Source: an uncultured delta proteobacterium
Lineage (GTDB): Bacteria > Myxococcota_A > Polyangia > Polyangiales > Polyangiaceae
Direction of reading: 5' to 3'
NCBI GenBank assembly: GCA_963716725.1
Contig: CAVQUB010000010.1
Coordinates: 1 to 64,000 of the forward strand
DNA length: 64,000 bases
The stretch's first letter is position 1; each line of letters begins with the position of its first letter. The notes beneath the pieces were generated by a model. The model was not told where the DNA came from, did not search any database, and saw only the letters and a list, made by a program, of their open reading frames with translations. Positions 48,637 through 58,983 of this stretch are shown here, piece by piece. The translations under genes were made by a program, and so were the position numbers.

Positions 48637-50377
48637 CGAACCGGTCGAGGAACTGGCCGCGGCGTATCGGCTCGAAGTGGGGCGCGTGCGCCAGGTTCGC
48701 GAGCAGACGCTGATTGAGGCGCTCGGCGAAATCGCGGCACTTCGCACCGGGCACCAGCTTGCCGTTCGACCGTTGGCGAAGCGGGTCCTGGAGGCAGTTG
48801 TGGCCCACACCGAGGAGGCTGTGGACACGCTGATCGACGCACACTTCCGCGCCGGCGAGCGTGACGCCGGACTGATAGGGGAGAGGATCCAAAAGGAGTT
48901 TCTGAATGCCGCGTTGGGGTCTCCGCCGGCGCACGCCCTGTTCAGCGCGCGAGGTGTACAAGGCGCGCCAGTGGCCGGTCTCGCGGACCAACACGCCTCG
49001 GCCTGTCAGTCGCAACTGGGCAGAATTTCGCGCGCAGTGCGCGACCGCGCGCTTGTTCGACGATCGCTCGCGGGGCCGCGCCCATCGAACGTGAAATTGC
49101 CGCCGGGCTGGCCGACCAAGTATGAGTTTCTCGAGCCGTTGGGTGTTGGCGGATTCGCGCGGGTCTTCTCCGCGCGGGACCCCGAGGGAAACTACGTGGC
49201 AATCAAGCTGCCCGACCCCGATGATGGCGCCAGGAGGCGAGGGTTGCGTGAGATCGACGCGCTCAAGGAGCTGGCGAACCCAAACATTATCAGGCTGATC
49301 GACCACGCGGACGACGGAACCTGGTTCGCGATGCCGCGGGCTGAAGCCAAACTGGATGTCGTCGCAGATCTTGCGCGGATCGACGGCTCGAAGCTCGCGG
49401 AAATTGTTCAGGCAATTGCGGACGCCCTGCACCACGCGCACATCGAGGGCTTTCTGCACCGCGACTTGTCCCCATCGAACGTCTTGCGAGTGGACGACCG
49501 TTGGGTTGTCGCTGACTGGGGGTTGGCCAAGCTCCCGCCGGAATTCAGTCACTCGGCGATGACAAAGAGCGGCTTGGGCACGGCGCCTTGGGCTTCGCCA
49601 GAGGTGCTTTCGAGTCCGAACACGGCTGATCAACGGTCCGACCTCTTTAGCCTGGGCCGCATCGTCGGCTGGCTAGTCGCGGGTCAAACCCCGGAAGTGA
49701 ACAGGCCGACTGTCATGTTGCCAACAAGTCCTTGGTACGAGTTTGTTCGCACCGCGACGCAGTTCAGCCCAGGAGATCGGCCGGCGAGCATCGTCGAGCT
49801 GATGAACCTGGTCCCTCGAGGGGTCGAGTCCGTCGCTGCACGGCCAATCGCCATCACCGAGTTCTCGCAACTCTTGTGGACGATTCACATGTCGGAAGGC
49901 AACCCGACTTCACTTATCGTCGCTTACGCGGGCCACGGCTCGGAGATCGAACGGTTAGCGCTGGCTTCTCCGATCCCTGAAGTCGAGAGGCTGGCGATGA
50001 GCGTCACCCTTGGGCGCGCTGCGGACCAGATCGCCGAGCACGTCGTGGCGCGCATGCCGATGCTTGCGGTCGCGGCGGGCGGAGGACGCGCTTTGGTGCC
50101 CGCCAAAGTCGTCGAGCATGCAACCCGGGTCCTGATTTTCAGCGACAGCGGGCGCGCTGCCGAAACCTCGTCGATTCGGTGGACTCGTGAGGAGCACTAC
50201 CCCGGTGGGGGATATCAGGCCCCAACTGGGGAGATCCCGATGTCCGAGTTCGTCCCTGAGCTGATGGAGTGCGTCCGCGTCCTTGACGCTGAAGCTGCGT
50301 CGCTCGCGACGCAGGCCATCAAGGACGCCCGCGAGCGGAATTGGTCGGTGCACGAAAAGGCAAGCGATCGCGACTGA
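48629..50377 (+). CDS. Cytoplasmic Ser/Thr kinase with N- and C-terminal extensions, overlapping drmC
   Basis: GVGGFARV, VAIK, HRDLSPSNVL, DWG, GTAPWASPE, SDLFSLG. Confidence 0.88.
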   Translation: MDDEPVEELAAAYRLEVGRVRQVREQTLIEALGEIAALRTGHQLAVRPLAKRVLEAVVAHTEEAVDTLIDAHFRAGERDAGLIGERIQKEFLNAALGSPPAHALFSARGVQGAPVAGLADQHASACQSQLGRISRAVRDRALVRRSLAGPRPSNVKLPPGWPTKYEFLEPLGVGGFARVFSARDPEGNYVAIKLPDPDDGARRRGLREIDALKELANPNIIRLIDHADDGTWFAMPRAEAKLDVVADLARIDGSKLAEIVQAIADALHHAHIEGFLHRDLSPSNVLRVDDRWVVADWGLAKLPPEFSHSAMTKSGLGTAPWASPEVLSSPNTADQRSDLFSLGRIVGWLVAGQTPEVNRPTVMLPTSPWYEFVRTATQFSPGDRPASIVELMNLVPRGVESVAARPIAITEFSQLLWTIHMSEGNPTSLIVAYAGHGSEIERLALASPIPEVERLAMSVTLGRAADQIAEHVVARMPMLAVAAGGGRALVPAKVVEHATRVLIFSDSGRAAETSSIRWTREEHYPGGGYQAPTGEIPMSEFVPELMECVRVLDAEAASLATQAIKDARERNWSVHEKASDRD

Positions 50378-50403
50378 TCGTTTAGAAGGGGCCGCAGCCG
50401 GTT

Positions 50404-52242
50404 CTATTTGTCAGGCGCAGCGAGACTGGCAATAGCCTTCTCGACGCGGTCCTGCCTGCCACGGTCACGGTCGAGGGTGAGATACGCGGAGGCGTCAACC
50501 CCAACGCTGGATGCGGCCTCGACGGCGCGCGTTGGCGGGCAACCGTTCTCGATCAGAGCGAGTACGGCTCCCGTCAAACAATCTGCCTCGCCAACCAGAT
50601 ACCCGAGCGTGCGGGCGGGCTCGCCGGCGATGTCTAATTCCCCCGCGGCCAAGTGCGCCATTCCGTACGACACTTCAGAAAACGGCTCCGAGCTGGTACG
50701 CGCAAACCATGCGCTGAGAGCCATCTCCATCGCGGCCGACCAAAGTGTGCTCGCGACGTTCGAGGGCTCCTTCTCACGAGAGCCTACGAACCCCACCCGG
50801 ATCAGAAAGCGGGATGTCGCCCACGAATCTTTGGCGTACCGATTCTCCTGACGTTGCAGACGCTGGGGCGCGAGGGCCTGCCAGGTCGTCTCGAACATCG
50901 TCAGCGGCTGATCGCACGCGCGGAGCGCAATCGCGGCGAGAGCTACGGTCCAGTCGATGAGCGGGGAGTAGCGATCGGCAATGCCGACGTCTCGTGCAAC
51001 CAACAACTCCACGAGCCAGGTCCAGCCCGACCGCTGAGCTTCGAGCGAGCCCTCGTCGTCGCGCTCGAACGCCGCGCCCGCGCCTGCCGATGCCAGCAGC
51101 CAGAGTCCCCACGCGCTCCGATTCGGATGAGAGTGTGCTCGCTGTCTTGCGATCGCCAGAAGTGCGGGAGCGTTCCCCGCGCTGTTGGCGTAGGAAAGTC
51201 CCATCGCGTATTGAAGTTCTTGACGCAATTTGCCTTGCGCTGATTCTGGGGCGCTTGCTTGGGCCCGATCCATATGCAGAGCGCCCAGTTCGGCGAGCAA
51301 CTCTCGCCCGTCGGGCCGTGAGCTGATGGCCGCCGCCAGTTCCTCCCGTGCTGAATCGACTTGACGGATTGCCTCGTCAATGCCGCTGGTGCCCTCTGCC
51401 CACCGAACCCGATGGATTATGTGGTTTTCGATCAGACCATACGCTCGACGTTCCAGGATGAAGATCAGCGCAGCCGTCGTGCGCGCACCAAGTTTGTCGA
51501 ATGCCAGTGGAGCGCCGCGGATCCAATTGAGAACCACAGCGGGCGAACGCTCGACGTGTGCGTCCCACAGCAAGGACTCCATCAGCGCTGCGATCGGGAG
51601 CCGGTCCAAGAACTCGAGCCACCTGTGCTCGTCCAGCACTCTCAGCAATCCGGACACGAGTCGCTCCACCGATCTTTCCATCCGCGGAAAGTCGCCTTCG
51701 TGCCACGACGGGACGGGTTGCGACAGTTCCTTGCGCCAGCGTTCCAACTCGTCCGACGCCTGGTATTCGTCGTCGTTGATCGAGCTGAGCGTGAATTCCA
51801 GCTTGCGAAGTACAGTAAGCCACTCATTCGCCGAGTTGCCCGCCGCGACTTGCTCGGCGACGAGAGGGATATCCAAGAAGAATTCGATTTTAGAGACGGC
51901 TGCGAGGCGTTCGATGCTCGGGTCCGCCGCCGTGACGAACAGCGCGAGGGCGCGGCTGACTATCTCGGTCGTTTCTTCACGGTGACCTTGCAAAGCGGCG
52001 TCATCCTCAGCGATGCCGACACTTGCCAGCAGCTCGAGGACGAGCTCCTGGAGCGAGTCGTACCCAGGTAGCTCCCCATCTGCTTGGTATCCCGACTCCA
52101 GCCTCCGCGCCAACGATTCGATGACGGTCGCGTCCCCCAATGCATCTACGTACCGCTTGGCCTTCGCCCTGCGGTCGAGCCACTGCTCGATCTGTTCACT
52201 CGACTCTGCCAACTCGTCGAATGCAGGGTGCTCACCACGCAC
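50404..52242 (-). CDS. Hypothetical helical protein (612 aa), third gene of the PLD-like operon
   Basis: Long ORF overlapping the upstream gene by 11 bp; no recognised motif. Confidence 0.75.
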   Translation of the reverse strand: MRGEHPAFDELAESSEQIEQWLDRRAKAKRYVDALGDATVIESLARRLESGYQADGELPGYDSLQELVLELLASVGIAEDDAALQGHREETTEIVSRALALFVTAADPSIERLAAVSKIEFFLDIPLVAEQVAAGNSANEWLTVLRKLEFTLSSINDDEYQASDELERWRKELSQPVPSWHEGDFPRMERSVERLVSGLLRVLDEHRWLEFLDRLPIAALMESLLWDAHVERSPAVVLNWIRGAPLAFDKLGARTTAALIFILERRAYGLIENHIIHRVRWAEGTSGIDEAIRQVDSAREELAAAISSRPDGRELLAELGALHMDRAQASAPESAQGKLRQELQYAMGLSYANSAGNAPALLAIARQRAHSHPNRSAWGLWLLASAGAGAAFERDDEGSLEAQRSGWTWLVELLVARDVGIADRYSPLIDWTVALAAIALRACDQPLTMFETTWQALAPQRLQRQENRYAKDSWATSRFLIRVGFVGSREKEPSNVASTLWSAAMEMALSAWFARTSSEPFSEVSYGMAHLAAGELDIAGEPARTLGYLVGEADCLTGAVLALIENGCPPTRAVEAASSVGVDASAYLTLDRDRGRQDRVEKAIASLAAPDK

Positions 52243-52792
52243 GGTTCAGTCCTTCGCAGAGTTCTTCGAAGAACGCGATCGCATCTGTGTCGTCAGCTGG
52301 CCATGGCCCCGAGGCTGCCGATAGACAATTGGCGCTGCCAAACGCGGAAAAGCCGAAGTGCCAAAGCGAGTCATCCAGAACGACGAAGCGATCATGTGGA
52401 TACGGATAGGTTGGCGGCTTTCGAGTGAGGCGATCAAGCCACTGGACCCGGGTCGGCGCTGGGCGCACTTGGGTCTTTGGCCGCCCCTGGTTCCAAGCGG
52501 AGTCGAGGGCGGCCCGGATTGCCGCGAGACGTGCGGTCTTGTCATCGACTCGTGCGCTGACAATCCGCACGTCGCGTACCATGGCGCCGGCAAGTGCCAG
52601 CAGGAGCCCCTGGTACCCGTACTCCAAGAAATGGAGATCGAGCACCCAGACGCGGTTTGTTGCCTGCCATGCTTCCGCGATGAACGCGTCCAGATGGCAA
52701 GGATCGGAGTTAGAGCCGACACGGCGAAGCTCGGCGGGACCTGGAAATCGCGAGAGCGGACCGTCAGGGCCAACGAAGTGAAGCTCCGTCAT
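52232..52792 (-). CDS. Small PLD-fold-like protein (186 aa)
   Basis: RVWVLDLHF...VRIVS...PHDRFVVLDDSLWHFGFS; ATGA overlap with the upstream gene. Confidence 0.75.
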   Translation of the reverse strand: MTELHFVGPDGPLSRFPGPAELRRVGSNSDPCHLDAFIAEAWQATNRVWVLDLHFLEYGYQGLLLALAGAMVRDVRIVSARVDDKTARLAAIRAALDSAWNQGRPKTQVRPAPTRVQWLDRLTRKPPTYPYPHDRFVVLDDSLWHFGFSAFGSANCLSAASGPWPADDTDAIAFFEELCEGLNRAW

Positions 52793-53609
52793 GCGCCCAT
52801 ATCCTCGGCCGACGCCTCCAGAGCGCTGAGCCTCTCTGCGATGGGGACAGATTCCTCCCAGACGCGGCTCAGCTCCGGCAAGACCTCGGCGGGCAGTGGC
52901 AGCGCAACCAGCATCGTGCCGCGGGTGCCAAACTCATTCAAAGACGCACCGAGCAGCCATACGCGGTCGTCGGCGACGACGAATCGGTCATGGATTGGCG
53001 CGTGCGCTCCAGGCATTACTCGAACCGTTGTCGGGTTGAGAAGTTGATCGCGCTCGGCGGAGTCGATTTCCGAGCTCAGCCGCCGCAATTGCTCCCTTTC
53101 CAGGTCGCGACCCTTCAGCGCAGTGCCGATGAGCGACTGCTGCTGCAGGCCGAAACTTGACGTGAGAATCCTCACTTCGGCGCCGCGGTTGGCGATTGCT
53201 GGCAACCACACCTTCACGTCCCGCGCCGCGAAGTAAGTGTCCACGACAAGGGCTGTGCGCCGGGCGGTTGACAGGATCTTCTTGATTGCGGCTTCGGCGC
53301 CCGCCACGTCTCCGCGAAACCACCGTTGGTGCTCTCGCACCCCACTGCCAGCCTTGAGGCGATGCTTCAAGCTCGACAAGACCCGGGCCGCCGAGTTGAC
53401 CGCTTCATTGCCGGCGACAACACGCCGATCTTGCTCGGCGACAGCGATTCTCTGCGTCGTTGCTGCCCTGCCCTTGCGCGCCGGGAGAGCAACGCGGCGT
53501 TCCCGTCCGATCAGGCTCATCTGCATGTTGATTCCGCGAACAAAGGCGTATGGGCCTTGCTCGAGCAGCAGCCCCAAATCGTCATGAGTCACGCGCAGCG
53601 ATACTTGCT
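52789..53609 (-). pseudogene. 3' half of a transposon-disrupted ~545-aa gene with a C-terminal PLD-like domain (VPA1262-like)
   Basis: LVVDTYF...VRILTS...IHDRFVVADDRVWLLGASLNEFG; joins in frame with 56874-57690 once the element and one TSD copy are removed. Confidence 0.82.
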
Positions 53610-53811
53610 CCACGTGTAGGCCGTCACCCTCCGTCGTGATCCCCCGCGGTCGTGGTGTCGGTCTGGGCGCTCGTTGTTTCGGGTGAGCCGGGTTCGGACT
53701 CCGGAGAGCTTCGCCGTTCTTTTTTCCTGAGAGGCTGATCCGCGGAAAGCTGATCGCCGGAGAAGGTTGGTCCGTCGCGGTAGCACCCGCACGGACCCGG
53801 CCAGCGAAGGA

Positions 53812-54444
53812 TTGGTTGTCCGTTACGAGACGACCCTCACCAGCGAGCGGTACGTTACCGAGCAGGCGTGGCGGGCCGCAAGTTTGGAGCGGTGCCCGCT
53901 GCACCCGGAGGGCGGCTGCGGTCTCGCGGGGCACGGGAGCTACGGTCGGGTCCGCCCCGTCGGCGTCCGCGTCGCCCGGTTCTGGTGCCCGCGGGCTCGG
54001 GTGACTATCAGCCTTTTGCCTGATTTTCTGGCTTCCCGACTGTCGGGCACGCTCGAGGAGGTCGAGCGGGCCGTCGAGGTGGCCGAGGGCGCCAAGAGTC
54101 TGGAGGCGGTCGCCGAGAAGGTGCGCCCCGCGATCGCAGCGGACGCGGTGACGCTTCCAAGCGCGCTGCGGTGGCTCCGGCGGCGGCGTGTTGCTGTCCA
54201 CGCGGCGCTCGTGGCGGCAGTGACGCTGGTGCCGGCGCTCACGGGCTGCCCGGCGACGCTTGGCGCGGTGCGGCAACGACTCGGGGTGTCGGATGCGCTC
54301 GTGGCGCTGCGGTCGGCCGCGGCCATTCACCTGGCCGCCATGCCAGCGCCGGTCGGACTGCGGGCGCGAGGGCGAGCGCGGCAAGCATCGCGAGAGCCGA
54401 CCCCACACGAAACGGGGCCGGACCCTCCTCGGCGGGACCGATAG
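53812..54444 (+). CDS. Transposon accessory protein with a putative Zn-binding motif
   Basis: CPLH...C...HGSYGR...RFWCP...TISLLPDFL; first gene of the element; start uncertain. Confidence 0.7.
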   Translation: MVVRYETTLTSERYVTEQAWRAASLERCPLHPEGGCGLAGHGSYGRVRPVGVRVARFWCPRARVTISLLPDFLASRLSGTLEEVERAVEVAEGAKSLEAVAEKVRPAIAADAVTLPSALRWLRRRRVAVHAALVAAVTLVPALTGCPATLGAVRQRLGVSDALVALRSAAAIHLAAMPAPVGLRARGRARQASREPTPHETGPDPPRRDR

Positions 54445-54495
54445 CGGGTTGGTGTGCCCGGGACGGACCCGGGCCGACACCGAAAGAGAACTCCG

Positions 54496-55900
54496 ATGAG
54501 GACACCGACCCCCGAAAACGAACGCACGCTCGCTGACGCCGAGCGCAGAAAGCAGATCGCGCTGTTCCGTTATGGCGTGATCGCAGATCTGCTCCACCTC
54601 GAGCGCGGTGCGCGCGGCATGTACGCGAAGCTGCGCGAGAAGGCGGAGAAGGACTGGGAGATCCCCGGAACGCTCCGGCGGAAGGTCCAGGCCGAAACGA
54701 TCCGCGGATGGCTTGCGGACTACCGACGCGGCGGCTTCGACGCCCTTGTCCCGAAGATCCGACGGGACGAGGGCTCGGCTCGCGCCATTCCCCGGGAGAT
54801 CGCGGATCTGCTCTGCGAGACGAAAGAGCAGCACGCGGACTTCAGCGTCGGACTCGTCATCGCGCACGTGACGCGCTTCGCGAAGATCCCGGAGGGGGTC
54901 ACGCTTGCGCCATCGACGGTGCACCGGATCTCTGTCTCGGGCCGGACTCATGCAGAAGAAGCAGGGCGAGCCGACGGCGAAGGACCGCCGACGCTTCGCC
55001 TTCGAGAAGGCGGGCGAACTGTGGATGAGCGACGTGATGCACGGCCCCGCCGTCGCCGTGTCCGGGCGGCAGCGGAAGACGTACCTGCTCGCCGTCATCG
55101 ACGACGCGACACGGATGGTGCCGTATGCGGCCTTCGCGCTCAGCGAGAACGCCGCGACCCTTCTCAGCGTGCTCGAGCAAGGGATCTGCCGCCGCGGGAT
55201 CCCCAAGCGGCTTTACGTCGACAACGGTGCCGCCTTCAAAGCACAGCACCTGGCGCTCGTGTGCGCGAAGCTCGGCATCACCTTGATCCACGCGCGTCCC
55301 TACACGCCCCAGGGAAAAGGAAAGATGGAGCGGTGGTTTCGGACCGTGCGTCTTCAGCTCCTGCCGACGCTCCAGCCCGAGGACAGGCGGAGTCTCGAAG
55401 CACTCAACCGCCGTCTCTGGGCGTGGGTCGAGGGTGAGTATCATCGGAGTCCCCACCGCGGACTCGACGGTGAGACGCCCGCGGATCGCTGGGCGATGCG
55501 CTCAGACGAGGTGCGCCAGTCGTCGAGCGACCTCGCCGATCTGTTTCTCTTCGAGCAGAAGCGCCGTGTGCAGGCCGACCGCACCGTGTCGCTCGACAGC
55601 GTGGCCTACGAAGTGGACGCGATGCTCGTCGGCGAGACCGTCGTCCTTCGCTTCGATCCGGCGCGTCCGCGAGAGACACGTGCCGTCCAGGTCTGGCATC
55701 GCGGAAAGCAGATCCAGATCGCTCGCCGTGTCGACGTCTACGCCAACTGTTTCGTCCGACGCGATCACACGACGAAGGCCCTGCATCCATCTCAGCCCGT
55801 GGACGAGCCGCCCCCCGGCATGCGCTTGAGCGACTTCGACTTCGATGTCGGGGACAACCAGCAGGGCGGCGCTGGCGACGACGAGGGGGACCTCCTCTGA
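54496..55900 (+). CDS. DDE transposase with a Mu-like C-terminus (frameshift near 54928)
   Basis: ALFRYGVI..STVHR | LSRAGL..LWMSDVMHGP, IDDATR, LYVDNG, GKGKMERWFRT, RRVQADRTVSL. Confidence 0.88.
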
Positions 55901-56697
55901 TGTACCGCAAGCACTTCGGCCTCACCCGCCACCCCTTCGCCAAAAACATCGAGCCCGACGAGCTCTTCGCCTCCGGTGCGCTCCGAGAACTCGACGCCCG
56001 GCTCGCCCATCTCCTCGACTTGCGCGGCATCGGTGTGGTCACCGGTGAGAGCGGCAGCGGCAAGACCACCGCGTGTCGGAAGATCGTCGCCGGTCTCCAC
56101 ACGGGTCTGCACCGCGTCCTCTACGTGTCGCTCACCACCGGCAACGTGATGGATCTCTACAAGACCATCGCCTGGGAGATCGGCCTACCCACCGAGCGCA
56201 ACCGCGCCGCACTGTTCCGGCAGATCCGGACCGAGGTGACGCGGCTCTGCAGCGAGGCCCGGCAGAAACCGATCCTGATCGTGGACGAAGCTCATCACCT
56301 CAGGAGCGACGTGCTCGAGGACCTGCGCCTGCTCACCAACTACGCGATGGACTCCGACAACCGCCTCTGCCTGGTCCTCGTCGGACACCCGGAACTGCGC
56401 CGCCGCCTCGGCATGGCGGTGCACGAGGCGCTCTCGCAGCGCGTCGTCGTGCGCGCTCACGTCCCGGGTCTTGCCCGTGACGAGCTCGGCCCGTACCTCA
56501 CGCACCTGCTCCGACTCGCCGGAACCGAGCTCGAACTCTTCGAGCCCGCAACCCAGGAGGCGATCTTCCAGGCGTCGAACGGCCTGCCCCGGAAGGTGAA
56601 CCTGCTCGCTCACCACGCGCTCATGGCCGCCGCGCTCACCAAGAGCAGGACCGTCACGACCGAGCACATCCAGTCCGCCATGGCCGAAGTCACCTGA
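55900..56697 (+). CDS. ExeA/TnsC-like AAA ATPase
   Basis: MYRKHFGLTRHPF, GESGSGKT, IVDEAH, LVGHPEL, GLPRKVN. Confidence 0.92.
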   Translation: MYRKHFGLTRHPFAKNIEPDELFASGALRELDARLAHLLDLRGIGVVTGESGSGKTTACRKIVAGLHTGLHRVLYVSLTTGNVMDLYKTIAWEIGLPTERNRAALFRQIRTEVTRLCSEARQKPILIVDEAHHLRSDVLEDLRLLTNYAMDSDNRLCLVLVGHPELRRRLGMAVHEALSQRVVVRAHVPGLARDELGPYLTHLLRLAGTELELFEPATQEAIFQASNGLPRKVNLLAHHALMAAALTKSRTVTTEHIQSAMAEVT

Positions 56698-56873
56698 GCC
56701 CAGCGCCCGGCGACGGTCCACAAGGCCCGGCGGAGATCCACGTCTCCGTCGGGCCGCTCCCTTTCTGCCACCACCTCGCCACGCCCACTCGACCACCGCA
56801 CTCCGGGAAACCACCCCGAGGGCATCACGAAAATGCCCGGGATTCGGGCGGGGGAAGAGCGTGGGAAACTACA

Positions 56874-57690
56874 CCACGTCCTCAGCCAGCGCCAGTCGGT
56901 AGAACGGAACTTCCGGTCGCATTCGGCAGAGGAGTCGGACGCCCGTGGGCCGATGCTCCAAGACCTCGAGCGTGAGCTTCTGAAGGGCCATTCCCTTGCG
57001 TGGAACAATGTCCAGCGCCACCGCCTTGTCCGGTCCGTCGTCCGCACGCTCGAGACGGCTGGAGACGTGGCGCAGAATCGGTACTGGCTGAAAGAAGTGA
57101 GAGGACTGGACCAACTCGGGAATGGCGTCCACGTCGATGTCGAACTGCTGCTCCAGGGAATCGCTCAGCTTCCGCAACTCCGATTCACTCAGCAGATCCG
57201 GTATCAGGGGGTGCGCAACCAGGAGATGGTGCGCCCGCGACTCGGCTTCCCCCCGCGACGCACTGGGAACTCCGCGGGACTCTCGCTGCATCACCAGCGA
57301 AGGCCACCGTGGCTCATCGAGGCAGTCTGAGACAGCGACGGGGTTCGTCAACGCTGACTCGCGCCACGGAGGTGCCCATTGTCCGCCGAAGACCATCGAC
57401 TCGTACCAATTTCCGGCCGAGGACGAGGGTACCTCCCAGCTCTCGAAGTATACTCGCCACTTGCTGTCTCCGCCCAGTCGCTGATCGCCATCGTCTCCCG
57501 CGTCTACGCGAGGCACTTCGTCGGGGACGAGGTCCACTCGCGAGAATGCGTGGTGGGACTCCTTGGTGTCCCGATTGTAGATCCACGCAACACGAACGAT
57601 TGCGCGTGAGCATCCGACGAGAGTGAGCACGTTGTTGAAGGTCGGCGCGTCCTTTCGGAGGTCAGCGGGGTGAGTAAGCGCGTCGGCCAT
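56874..57690 (-). pseudogene. 5' half of the disrupted VPA1262-like gene
   Basis: ORF from ATG 57690 runs into the TSD; the rejoined junction reads LAEDV-E-QVSLRV. Confidence 0.82.
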
Positions 57691-58354
57691 TACTCGTCCA
57701 TGGGCGCGGCGCTGCTCGCGCCCGCGCGGGGTGATGCGGCGAGAGGCGAGCCGGTCGTGCTGTCAGACCGTACAGGCCAGCCATCGAGTTCGGATGCGGT
57801 TTGCTTCGAGCACGCGCGCCGCGAGCAGGAAGCGAGCGCGAAGGGTGTCGACCTGGCCGTTCTCTCGGCATGCCGCGTGGAGTTCTGCGCGTTCGGGCCC
57901 TGGAGCGGACACCTTTGGGTCAGTTTCTGAATGCCCAACAGGTCAGACGCACGACCCAGGTGCAGCCGACGTGCCCTGGGCAGCAGGGCGAGGATGGCCT
58001 TGTTGTGCGGCGCGGAGAGGCGGTGAGTGGAGCAGACCATCCCGGGAGAGATGGTACCTCGCTGATGGTCGCACGCCACTCAGTTTGAGGCGAGGCAGTT
58101 GCGTGAGGTCTTCTGGTTATTCCATTGGGGCGGACGCCGCGGAAGTCGCCCGGACAGTGCGCCTTCCTCGCCTCTGTCGAGAGCCGAGTGTTGACCGGCT
58201 TCCGCCAGGCGACCCGCGTGGATGGCCGGATTGATCCCCGATCGGCATGCCACGACTCCCGCGCCCCAAGCCCCCGACGTTGCGCCCGGGTCGTTCTTCA
58301 AGCACGTCGAGCCCGCCTGGCACTGCCCGACCCCGTTGCACACGCGGTACGTGT

Positions 58355-58582
58355 GTGGGTGTTGACGTCGTATTCATCGTGGAGTTGAGGCTGGAGAGCG
58401 ATGGGCGAGTGAACATCGACCCGCTGGAAGCTATCGGTTCCGAACTGGGTGTGAAGTTCCCCCGTTTCCGTACGAAACCGGGGGAGGATCAGTGCGGCGT
58501 CGCGGCTGCGTCTGGTCGGAGGAAAAGCGCCTCGGCGACGAGAACGGGAACTTCGGCCTACTTCACGCGAAGTGCTCCATCT
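58355..58582 (+). pseudogene. Degenerate internal fragment of a second drmC
   Basis: GVDVVFIVE...ESDGRVNIDPL and DENGNFGLLHAKC match drmC at ~48270-48450; AACGGGAACTTCGGCCTACTTCACGCGAAGTGC is identical. Confidence 0.88.
58452..58491. mobile_element. 40-bp IS3-like remnant (two abutting IRs) with a 3-bp TSD
   Basis: TGAAGTTCCCCCGTTTC-CGTAC-GAAACCGGGGGAGGATCA flanked by GTG on both sides; absent from the intact drmC. Confidence 0.7.
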
Positions 58583-58983
58583 CACTCCCCTTCGAACCTC
58601 AGCTTCAGCACTGCGGCCGGATACTCCTCGCTCGGGAGCGTGTAGCGGAGCCCTCGTTCGAAGAGCTTCTCGCCGGCGATCAAACTGACTCGATTCTGGA
58701 CCACATTCACGTTCAAGGTCTTGCTCACCACCAAGCGGATGTCGAGCCCCCGATCTTGCAGATCTTCGGTGGTGACCTCGAGGCCCCGATCCTCGGTGAA
58801 GACCAGCCTGCCTTCGCTGCGAAAGCCGCGGGATGCACAGACCCACTCTCCACCCTTCGCCACGCAAAGTCCTGGGTGAGCGCCGCTGACGGTCGTGGTG
58901 TGCAACACCCACGGTTGCACGGTCCACCGAGCTCCGGGCTTCAGCCTGCAGTGAGCTGTCCCGTCTGGCTCAGCCCTACACAC
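58582..58983 (-). CDS. Probable frameshifted extracellular C-terminus of the adjacent kinase
   Basis: A 1-nt shift near 59013 gives CSVV-TDCDRAGTVCRAEPDGTAHC, continuous with this ORF. Confidence 0.5.
   Translation of the reverse strand: MCRAEPDGTAHCRLKPGARWTVQPWVLHTTTVSGAHPGLCVAKGGEWVCASRGFRSEGRLVFTEDRGLEVTTEDLQDRGLDIRLVVSKTLNVNVVQNRVSLIAGEKLFERGLRYTLPSEEYPAAVLKLRFEGE

Larger units (their letters stand above)
53615..56873 (+). mobile_element. 3259-bp three-gene Mu/Tn7(TnsB-TnsC)-like transposon
   Basis: Ends TGTAG...CTACA; 5-bp TSD CCACG at 53610-53614 and 56874-56878. Confidence 0.92.

Noticed and set aside
52789..55206. 805-aa ORF as a single protein
   Set aside because: Chimeric read-through: antisense transposon sequence fused to the 3' half of the disrupted gene
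57700..58350. Short ORFs including the Cys-rich 58080-58343
   Set aside because: No RBS or motif support; probably gene debris
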